DNA of 63,716 nt, the filler included, from Octopus bimaculoides (taxonomy: Eukaryota), in assembly GCF_001194135.2 (NCBI RefSeq). It is 4 parts of 3 records of this genome, joined end to end, with 100 filler letters (N's around TTAATTAATTAA, not from the genome) between each part and the next. Parts side by side here need not be neighbours in the genome. Positions count along the whole stretch, not along the records: positions 1 to 26,516 come from NC_068983.1; positions 26,617 to 36,945 come from NC_068983.1; 2 more parts are not named here. One strand, written 5' to 3'. Under the pieces are notes generated by a model. The model searched no databases and had not been told where the DNA came from. It saw only the letters and a program-made list of their open reading frames with translations. The stretch's first letter is position 1. Each line of letters opens with the position of its first letter. Positions 23,018 to 32,148 of the stretch are shown piece by piece. The translations under genes and the position numbers were made by a program.

Positions 23018-24874
23018 ACTTTCTGTTTTCTTCACAGGAACACAGGTTTCGAGCAAGCTTGTAACGAAGGAGGCAATGTCCACGGTTGGGTTGATGAAAT
23101 CACGTCGAAACAGTGCGTGGAATAACCCTTTGATTCCATGCGAATTTCGATTAGAAGTACTTTTATGCAGAAATTATATAGGAACATTTCTTTCTCCGAC
23201 ACAAAATTACCCACTAAATACCTTTCTCATTCTCGACTACAGTAATATATTGGAAGTTATTTTACGTGTTTATGCTAAAATGAAAACATGAAACTTACCG
23301 AGAGAGAGATAGAGAGAGAGAGAGGGAGGGAAGGAGAGAGATAAGGACAGATAATGAGGCGGCAGCATTTCTTGAAGAAATGCAAATATGGTATGTAAAG
23401 AAATATTTGATTCCAGTATAGGTTCATATTCTATTCTTTGGCAAAAACCATGAATTGTACCTAAATACTGAGGAGCAAAAGATACCTGTGTAAGTTTTAA
23501 ATTAGGGTTGGGGTTATTATATAAACCGCAATTGCATCCTCTCTAAACCAATCCCATGTATTGTCATCCATAAATGTTACGTGGAAACTTATAATTTCTT
23601 TTTCAATCATATTGGCCTAACATCTACCACTTTTAAATTACATCTTATCAATCAGATATACATATATTAGTAAATCAATAGAAAAATTGCTATTATGGAT
23701 ATATATTTGAATTTGAAAAATACAACATATGTTAACATAGAGGGAAGCAGTCTTTAAAAATCTAAGATATATATATATATAAATAGGAAATAGATACATA
23801 TAATGCTAGCTACGCCATCGTTAAACAGCTACTCAGAGATACGTCTCAGAGATACGTAGACCTAAAGACTATTCTTTCAAAACTTATCTTGACTACGAAT
23901 CCAGAAACCACAATAATATGGAACAATATTTTATATTTTAAAACCTCATTAAATTCATTAATAATCAATTGTTTATCATTAAAATCTTTAGTAATCAGTC
24001 AGTGGCAGTAAATATTTTTTGTTTCTGTTTATATTGTATGCGTGTCTATAAGTTATAGCAAGTATTGCAATAACATCCATTGAAACTATTCTCCGGTAAA
24101 GCTAAAAAGTTTCTGGCTTTAAGGCTATTACAAAAGGCCTACTTAGAGGCTCAAACTTCGGAGATCTCTTATAGGGATTAAAATATGAAGGACCTTTGCA
24201 ATAAATGTGTGAAGCTGAGATAGGAATATGATGAATAAAATCATAATTAACTGGTGGTCCATTATATTCGTGTACATAAAGCAAATAACTTTTCAACACC
24301 CGCTTCTACTCAATAATATATGATTTCTTTCTAATAAAATTTTGGGTTTCACTAAAAATAATCAATTTTTACTAAGTTAACAAGATTGAAAAGTTTATAT
24401 ATATTTACGAGCATTGTTGCTTCTATAAGGAAAATATTGCTATTAGGTTTTGTCTCATAGCCTGGAAATTGACAATTTTCCTCTACTGTTGACTATAAAA
24501 TATAACGTATGCCCACGTCTTGGGTATAAAATATTCTTGGGTATAAAATATTCACTTCTTGACTATAAAATATAGAGTATACCCACAATACAAAGTATAC
24601 CCACTTCTTGATTCTTTCTCTGATGAGATCATTTAAGGGAGGCAATGTTATCTCTATGAAATCTCTAGGAAATAATATTTACTTATTCTCGGACTCTGGA
24701 TTATGTAACTTCAAGTGACCTCATTGTAAAGCCAGTCGCCATTGTGCAGAGTAATTTTTATTTTGCTGATTCATACTTATATTGCAGGCTCATTATAACT
24801 TCATAATTTATTAATGATACTAAATGAACTACCAAGTTGTAAATTTTTAATCATAAGAAAAATTGCTATGAAAG

Positions 24875-24990
24875 AATTGAACCTTGCACTATCGACTTAC
24901 GCTTACCATCTAAACTATTAAAGCACTTTATTTCCGAGGTAGCGCTATTCTATAGCGGTGAATCGCTGGCTCGTTTAAATATTAATTAAT
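24875..24990 (-). repeat. tRNA-like dispersed repeat, copy 1
   Basis: Minus strand TAGTTTAGATGGTAAG...GGTTCAATTC (A- and B-box-like); matches 25718-25780. Confidence 0.55.
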
Positions 24991-25679
24991 AAAAATGAAA
25001 ATAAATTTTCTAACGTGAACTAATCCTCTCTTCAAAAAATTGATTAGTTTAGACATGGAATTAGTTCGAATATTATGATGAATATACTGCAAGGATTGTA
25101 ACGCATGATCTTCTTTTGATAATGTGGTATTTTGTTATTTTTCTTAAATGTATCTTGTACTTTTGCAAGAAAAAAAAAACAAGTTTGTAAAATTTGCTGC
25201 TGTTATTTGCATACATACGTGGTTTGCATTTTAAAACATTTTCAGGATAATATCATTATTATGCCTACTCTGGATAAAAATTATATTACCGTTTTGTTCT
25301 GTAGACGAAGGTAAAGAACATTGATTTCAATTTCTGCTTGGTTTGGGAAATATATTGTCATTACCAATACCCAAGTCCTTCACATCACACGACTGAATAC
25401 ATTTTTATTTTCTATTTACATGTTTAAAAGGATTTTCAACTACATATAATTTAGCGAATTCTAGACTGTGTTCGAAACATAAAGAATATATTATAACAAT
25501 GACTATAATGTAATTGAATAAAAGTGCCTAAGAGCAAGGATTTGCCAAAATACAAAAAAAATTGTTTGTGGGAGTCGCAACTAAAATGGATTTAAATAGG
25601 CTGTATGCAAAACATGCATACATACATATGTTCATACCTAAATGTTTGTATACATATGTGTGTCAATGTATACATACTT

Positions 25680-25715
<36 letters not shown>

Positions 25716-25717
25716 TT

Positions 25718-25800
25718 GAAAGAATTGAACCTTGTACTATCAACTTACGCTTACCATCTAAACTATTAAAGCACTCGATTTACGACGTAATGCTATTCTA
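25718..25800 (-). repeat. tRNA-like dispersed repeat, copy 2
   Basis: AAGAATTGAACCTTGTACTATCAACTTACGCTTACCATCTAAACTATTAAAGCACT is near-identical to 24875-24930. Confidence 0.6.
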
Positions 25801-25820
25801 TTATAAAATACAAAATATTT

Positions 25821-26470
25821 TATAAGCTTAAAGCTTATAAGCGATCACAGTGCATTGACTAAGGCAAATAGTCTAATATTGAGGACAAAAGTAAGGTTTG
25901 CCGCGAGTTTGCCGAATGCATAGGTGACCATGCGCACGGAAAATCCAACTTTGTTTCGTCAAGGGTTTTCCTTTTTTCGGAAGCGTCTCAGTAGTGGTCT
26001 CACGAAATTTCTTCCGGAATTCCTCATGAGAAGTGCCTGAGGTCGGCTGTTTCAATCTCGTGCGTGATGTGTTGGTACGTCTGTGGCGCTGCTTCTAAGT
26101 TATGTGTTATACGTGCAGCTACTTTTTTTTTGCACTTCTTTTTTTTTGTTGTAAACAATATATGAGCATGTTATTAAGAATTAACCTACACACATCCAGA
26201 TGTAGCTAAATAATATATTGATTACCAACTTCCATCCTGTTGTTAATTTGGTGTCCTAGTCTGTGTATGAGTAACGCTTCCTTACCCAAATTTCTTTCAT
26301 TGGCCTCAATTGTGACTGTTATGCTTTTATCTGTGTTCCGGCATCTGTCAAGATGTTTTCTCAAGGAGGAGGCTCTCGTGTTCAGATGTTCTTTGATGCG
26401 GACTTGTAACGGTCTTGTTGTGCTACCCACATAGAACTTGTTGCATTTGTTACATTGTATTTTATACACA
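25821..26470 (-). pseudogene. Penelope-like element 3' part: GIY-YIG endonuclease (ORF 26206-26484) plus downstream terminal region
   Basis: IVYKIQCNKCNKFYVGSTTRPLQVRIKEH...KH...EALLI..L..QIN is the PLE GIY-YIG signature with CxxC; cut upstream by (TA)n and a gap. Confidence 0.9.
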
Positions 26471-26516
26471 ATATATATACACATATGTATGTATATATAT
26501 ATATATATATATATAT

Positions 26517-26616
26517 NNNNNNNNNNNNNNNNNNNNNNNNNNNNNNNNNNNNNNNNNNNNTTAATTAATTAANNNNNNNNNNNNNNNNNNNNNNNNNNNN
26601 NNNNNNNNNNNNNNNN
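26517..26616. other. Artificial scaffold spacer N44-TTAATTAATTAA-N44
   Basis: Identical 100-nt construct at three places; TTAATTAATTAA gives stops in all six frames. Confidence 0.9.
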
Positions 26617-26895
26617 GGGTGATATGTTAGAATGGCATTAAGGGATGGGTACAGAAAAGGTATAGGAGGGGGTTTCCAAACTGAGTAGTAAATCACAAAA
26701 TGGAAGAATACTAAGAATGGTCCAGTTTCTATAAATAGATTTATGTGTTTATTCTACTAGCTAATGTGATAGAGTGGGTAGAGGAATCAGAGAGAAAGAA
26801 AGAAGTGTATATAGATATATGCATGCATTCGGTTTTAAATACACAAGTATGTAGATCTATATAATAATGCATACACACACATATATGTACATGTC

Positions 26896-27800
26896 TGCAT
26901 GCATATATCTATATACACTTCTTTCTTTCTCTCTGATTCCTCTACCCACTCTATCACATTAGCTAGTAGAATAAACACATAAATCTATTTATAGAAACTG
27001 GACCATTCTTAGTATTCTTCCATTTTGTGATTTACTACTCAGTTTGGAAACCCCCTCCTATACCTTTTCTGTACCCATCCCTTAATGCCATTCTAACATA
27101 TCACCCCACCTCACACATATTCATTACTTACATTCTTATCTCTTCCTATCCCTCCCTACTCCTCTCCCACACCCCTCTCATAATATCTCCACCACCAACC
27201 CACACTCCTTTTTTCACTTTCTCTTCTTGTTTTCATTTTCTCTTCCTCTTTNNNNNNNNNNTCTCTTCTTGTTTTCATTTTCTCTTCCTCTTTCTTTCCT
27301 TCTTCTTTTCTCACCTTTTCTTTTGACCTCTCTCTTCATTTTAATATACACATCTCTTCTCCCCTCTCTACCCACTTAATACTACCACTACATTCTCAAA
27401 TTTTCATTCACACCACAAGACCCCTTTGAATGAACAGCACATGGAATCTACATCACCACACTCTCTCCATTTGTGATGACAAAATATGAACTATTGGAAT
27501 TTACATATCATAGACAGGAAGCATTTCTACCATTTCTACACACCACTTTCCTTGGATAATGGAACTGCAACCTATAACATCTTTATACATTTTTATTTCT
27601 ATTTCTACATTCATTCTCCTATTTCCCTATATACTCTTTATTTGCTTCCTTTTCCAAAATAACACCTCATATTGAACTCTAATATTTCCCTCTATTTAAT
27701 CATCTGCCATCATTTCTGATGAAGAGATATCCCTAATAACCCAGAAACAGCTGTAAGACTAACTTTCTCTTTATAAATGTCCTGAAAATTCCTCATAGCC
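26896..27800 (+). mobile_element. Penelope-like element 3' region with terminal repeat
   Basis: Decayed endonuclease C-terminus near 27500-27580 (RQEAFLPFLHTT.LG, cf. PLE R.EA.WI..L.T..P.GLN), then a pyrimidine-rich 3' region with a hammerhead core. Confidence 0.55.
27713..27758 (+). ncRNA. Minimal type I hammerhead ribozyme motif, partly degenerate
   Basis: CUGAUGA at 27716-27722, imperfect stem II, GAAAC-AGCU-GUA at 27744-27755 (palindromic stem III loop, GUA cleavage triplet), 3-bp stem I (TTT/AGA). Confidence 0.65.
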
Positions 27801-28175
27801 TTGGCTTTGTTGTCTCATTTTATTCAACATATACATGCTCATACAAGACCCACATTAGACTCATCATTCATATTATTATCGAACCAAGANNNNNNNNNNN
27901 NNNNNNNNNNNNNNNNNNNNNNNNNNNNNNNNNNNNNNNNNNNNNNNNNNNNNNNNNNNNNNNNNNNNNNNNNNNNNNNNNNNNNNNNNNNNNNNNNNNN
28001 NNNNNNNNNNNNNNNNNNNNNNNNNNNNNNNNNNNNNNNNNNNNNNNNNNNNNNNNNNNNNNNNNNNNNNNNNNNNNNNNNNNNNNNNNNNNNNNNNNNN
28101 NNNNNNNNNNNNNNNNNNNNNNNNNNNNNNNNNNNNNNNNNNNNNNNNNNNNNNNNNNNNNNNNNNNNNNNNNNN

Positions 28176-28202
<27 letters not shown>

Positions 28203-28206
<4 letters not shown>

Positions 28207-28740
28207 TCATCATCATCATCGTTTAACATCCGCTTTCCATGCGAGCATGGGTTGGACGATTGACTGAGGACTGGCAAGCCAGAAGGCTGCACTAGGCTCC
28301 AATCTGATCTGGCAGAGTTTCTACAGCTGGATGCCCCTCCTAACGCCAACCACTCCGAGAGTGTAGTGGGTACTTTTACGTGCCACCGGCACAAGGGCCA
28401 GTCACATGGTACTGGCAACAGCCACACTTAAAAAGGTGTGTTTACATGCCACCTGTACGGGAGCCAATCCAGTGGTGCTGGCAATGACCTCGCTTGAATT
28501 AGTTTCTAACGTGCCACCAGCACAAGTGCTAGGAGGTAACGCAGGTAACGATTACTCTCAAATGGTGCTACTTATGGGCCACTAGCACAGAAGCCAGACA
28601 GCTACTCTGGCAATGAACACGCTTGGACAGTGCTGTTAGAGCTCTACTGGTGCAGGTGCCAGTCATTGAGTATGGTTCAATTACGATTTCACTTGCGCCA
28701 AGAGGTCTTCACATGTAGAGTTTAGTGTCCAATGAAGGAG
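28203..28740 (-). mobile_element. SINE/LINE-tail family E with (GAT)n tail and internal tandem subrepeats
   Basis: Reverse of CCAACCCATGC..GCATGGAAAGCGGA.GTTAAACGATGATG, also at 32820 and 36160; repeated GTGCCACC.GCAC units. Confidence 0.85.
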
Positions 28741-29288
28741 AGGTTGGCATGGGTGGCAGTCGTCAGATTCAGTTTGATTTCAGATTTCAAATTTCAATAT
28801 ATATATCAATTGCTGTTAGGGTCACAGTATTTTGTTTTGCAACTGTAATATACTACGAAGTATATTACAGTTTTATAAGTCAATACTGGTCCTATTTTGT
28901 GTTAGCAGTGCATTATTTGCATCTTTTTAAGTATATCTCTACAGATTTTCTATAGAATTTAGAGCCAGTACTGAAATGTAATAACTTTCAGTGCTGGCTC
29001 AAAATTCTATAAAAAATCTGTAGAGATAAACTTAAAATATGGATGTATATATAGAAGTATGGATGAATCTGGAGGCACAGGTGTAGCTGTATAGAGGGGC
29101 AGACATGGCTACTTGGAGGTGCTGGCATGGCTGTGTGGTAAGAAGTTTGCTTTCCAACGACATGGTTCCAGGTTCACACACACATCCCAAAAATGGGGAC
29201 AGTCACATAGGGCAATTCAGAGCATCCCAACAAATCACCAATTTCTCTTCAAAAAGTAATGATAATAACATTGCAGAATCTTGCTTAC

Positions 29289-29324
29289 CCATTTATTTAT
29301 TAGGGACTTCCTTTCTTCAAATAA
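29289..29324 (-). CDS. Candidate exon E3 of an unidentified minus-strand gene (LFEERKSLINKW)
   Basis: Acceptor TTTTTTTTTTCCAG|, donor TGG|GTAAGC; only phase 0 is stop-free. Confidence 0.5.
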
Positions 29325-30089
29325 CTGGAAAAAAAAAAAGTAAAAAGATATTCAAATCACACATGAATTTTTAATATACATGGTCAACAAAATATAATTT
29401 ATCTAAAGAATACAGAAAACTACAAGACTATAATTCCTAACAAAATACATCAAATGAAAGAAGTAATGTGCCAGTGATAAAATAAAAGGTATCTAGTTCA
29501 TGCTGTTAGGAGGTTGAAGATAGCAATGGCTACCAGCTGTAAAAACTATGTAAAAATAAAGAACGCACAGAGCAGATGTGGACTTTACAAGTCCTGTACA
29601 AACAACTTTAAAAAATGCAAACAATGATAATAGAGAAGGAAAACTATATGTTAAGTTCTAAGAGATATTGCAAGTCAAAAAAAAAAAAGCTGGATGAGTT
29701 GATAAGATGACAGTATCTTTAACATTGTATTATATGCTTCACAAAACTAACTCATGACCCAGTCTCCCTAGATATGCCGCAGAACACATACCATGCAACA
29801 AAAATTGTTTTTAAGCTACAGTTCCAGGGATCATAGACTTATGAGTATAAATGTTCCAGCTAGGACCATTCTAGTTTTTGTTCAAATATTATGTATAAAA
29901 AATATATCACCCAATATGCTCTTCCCTCTTTTATTTAATGGCAAAGTATGAGTGGCAGAGATTTAACTGTTATTTTTAGATGAAATGACCACATATGAAT
30001 TCCCTTGAAGTGATGTGAAATGAAACGATGCAAATAGAGTTGAAAATTAAACCAGCTGAGAGGGGTTACATCAAGTCTACAGTACTTAC

Positions 30090-30102
30090 CATTAAGAGTA
30101 AA
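30090..30102 (-). CDS. Candidate 13-nt micro-exon E2 (-LLLM)
   Basis: T-rich acceptor TTTTTTAG|, donor ATG|GTAAGT; converts phase 2 to phase 0 as needed between E1 and E3. Confidence 0.4.
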
Positions 30103-31208
30103 CTAAAAAATTTGTAAATTGTAAAGCTTATTAAATAAGATAAAAGTTTATGGAAGTTTAACATTATGAAAGTAAATGAAATATAACAATAAAAGTGAGT
30201 AAAAATTAAAGCAACCACTCTTTGTTACACACTACAACAGGACTAATATATCATTAACTTTCAGAACATGCGATTAAAAAAGAAAAAATTACAGATGTTG
30301 TAGTCTCTCAGTAATTCATGAAGGCTATATTGTTTATATCTAAAAATTCTTCTATCATGAAGCAAGAGTTTCTTATTCTAGTTCTCTTAATGATTTGTGT
30401 AATCCAGTGAGAGATTGAGAGACTCATGGGTCAGAACATATCTGAAGTCAGCTTTTAAGAAATGCATAATCAAATATCATTAAAGGAATCTGCAGAATTG
30501 ATTCTTGAAATTAAAAAGCCTCATTTTAATTGTGTGATACAGATAACTGGATGATACTGATAATTTGAATTGTTGCTACTTAATAATGATTTGGCTGAAA
30601 AAAAAAAAAACACTTGCACTGATAGTAACTAATATACTGTGTTACTTCTTTAATTGTAAGATTACATGTTATTTATTGTTTTGTTTAACCAATCATATTC
30701 TAATATGATTTTTTAATTGCTACTTATTCTAGCAATGGCTGTCTGATCAATCAACCACATATAAAATCTCCTCTAATATTATCTAATTATATATGTCATT
30801 ATTGTAATACAATATAACTTGGTATTAGAATAATATAACCTCTCCACCTTCTTTCTTTTATGAAAGAAGGTGCATGCACAAAGTATTTATTTTTTTCCTT
30901 TGACTTTAACGGTTTTGCTGAACTACATTTAGTGTGTATAAAGTAAATACAAGAGCTGTTTCAAAGTGTAATATCTTTCATGCATTTTAAAGAGTATAAT
31001 AAATCTGCTTGAAGTCACAAAAAACCCTTCCAGTGCTTTAATGGAAATTTAGATGAAAGCTACCAGGTCTAGGAAAACAATATGTCTTTTATTCACTTGC
31101 CACAGGAGTCACAGAAAAAAAATGAGATGATTCAAGTTGCAACATATCCACATTGCTGGGATTTAACTCTTTTGAATTTGTAAACCCAGACACTAAAGAC
31201 AAAATTAC

Positions 31209-31238
31209 CACCATTTAAATGAAGTTCTGACTGTTGCC
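31209..31238 (-). CDS. Candidate exon E1 (-ATVRTSFKW-)
   Basis: Acceptor GTTTCTTTTTAG|, donor TG|GTAATT; 30 nt, phase 2 to 2. Confidence 0.4.
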
Positions 31239-31741
31239 CTAAAAAGAAACATTACATATATCAACTATCAAGTAGAAATTAGTATAAATTGGAGAAATTT
31301 CACTTATTTCTAACATTAAGTTGAAAGCTAAAGACTGTGAATTTGGAAATTTACAGGACAATTTAATCAGAGAAAGAATCATATGTGAATACAAAACAAG
31401 ATACTTGAGAGCTACTGCTTCAGGATACAAAATTACCATTTAAAAACTATTGGTAATGTATCTTGTTTTGTATTCACATATAGTAGCCCCTCATTACTGG
31501 GCAATTTTCACAAGAGAATGCCTTTATGTAAATTTTTTTATTCCATGTTAGACCATGTCTTTCCCAGGACAGACTTGTGCAATTTTTCACCAAAAATTCA
31601 ATTGAGGGCTTTTCTTTTTTAAATTATTTACATGCTTGTCCAACTGTTTCACATGACTTTATACATTAACATTTTTTTACAATTTTTCTGGAACAAATAA
31701 ATAACAAAATTGATTCAGTGTGAAAAATTACATCAATCTAC

Positions 31742-31781
31742 CAAATTCGAAAATTTTCACTTGGTTTCAAAATTTCAAAAC
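31742..31781 (-). CDS. Candidate exon E0 (-FEILKPSENFRI-)
   Basis: Acceptor CTTTTCTGTTACTATCACAG|, weak donor TG|GTAGAT; 40 nt, phase 1 to 2. Confidence 0.3.
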
Positions 31782-32148
31782 CTGTGATAGTAACAGAAAA
31801 GACTCAAAAAAAGTAGATAGACAATTATAAGACCCAACATGCACACACATATACAAACACATACCCATGTTATATAGTAGGCATATGTGTGTGTCTGTGT
31901 GTATAGTAGGCATGTGTGTGTCTGTGTTTATATAGTAGGCATGCGTGTGTGTGTTTGTGTGTGTGCTTCTTTGTGATGGACAGCAGAAACACTGCATGTG
32001 ACCAACTGTCGTCAATTTACTAGCCTCCCTCGGTCCTTAAAGCAACATATTCCTCACACCCACCTTCCCTTCTTTTCCTCAGCATGTTAAAAGTTATTTG
32101 TGTGTATGTGTGTGTCTGTATGTATGCATGTATCTATGTATTTATGTA

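Noticed and set aside
25950-26050. Second hammerhead in the minus-strand PLE terminal region
   Set aside because: CTGAGAC lacks the CUGANGA core and GAAAC is out of register with the only plausible stem II.
26561-26572. TTAATTAATTAA islands inside gaps as a biological motif
   Set aside because: Always centred in N44 pads to give exactly 100 nt; an assembly spacer.
28380-28660. CRISPR-like spacing of GTGCCACC.GCAC units
   Set aside because: Degenerate subrepeats inside a eukaryotic retroelement; spacers resemble each other and there are no cas genes.
31102-31192. Minus-strand exon with a GC donor (GTG|GCAAGT)
   Set aside because: Open in one frame, but it would need a 16-nt intron after E1 and its end phase does not fit the 13-nt exon.
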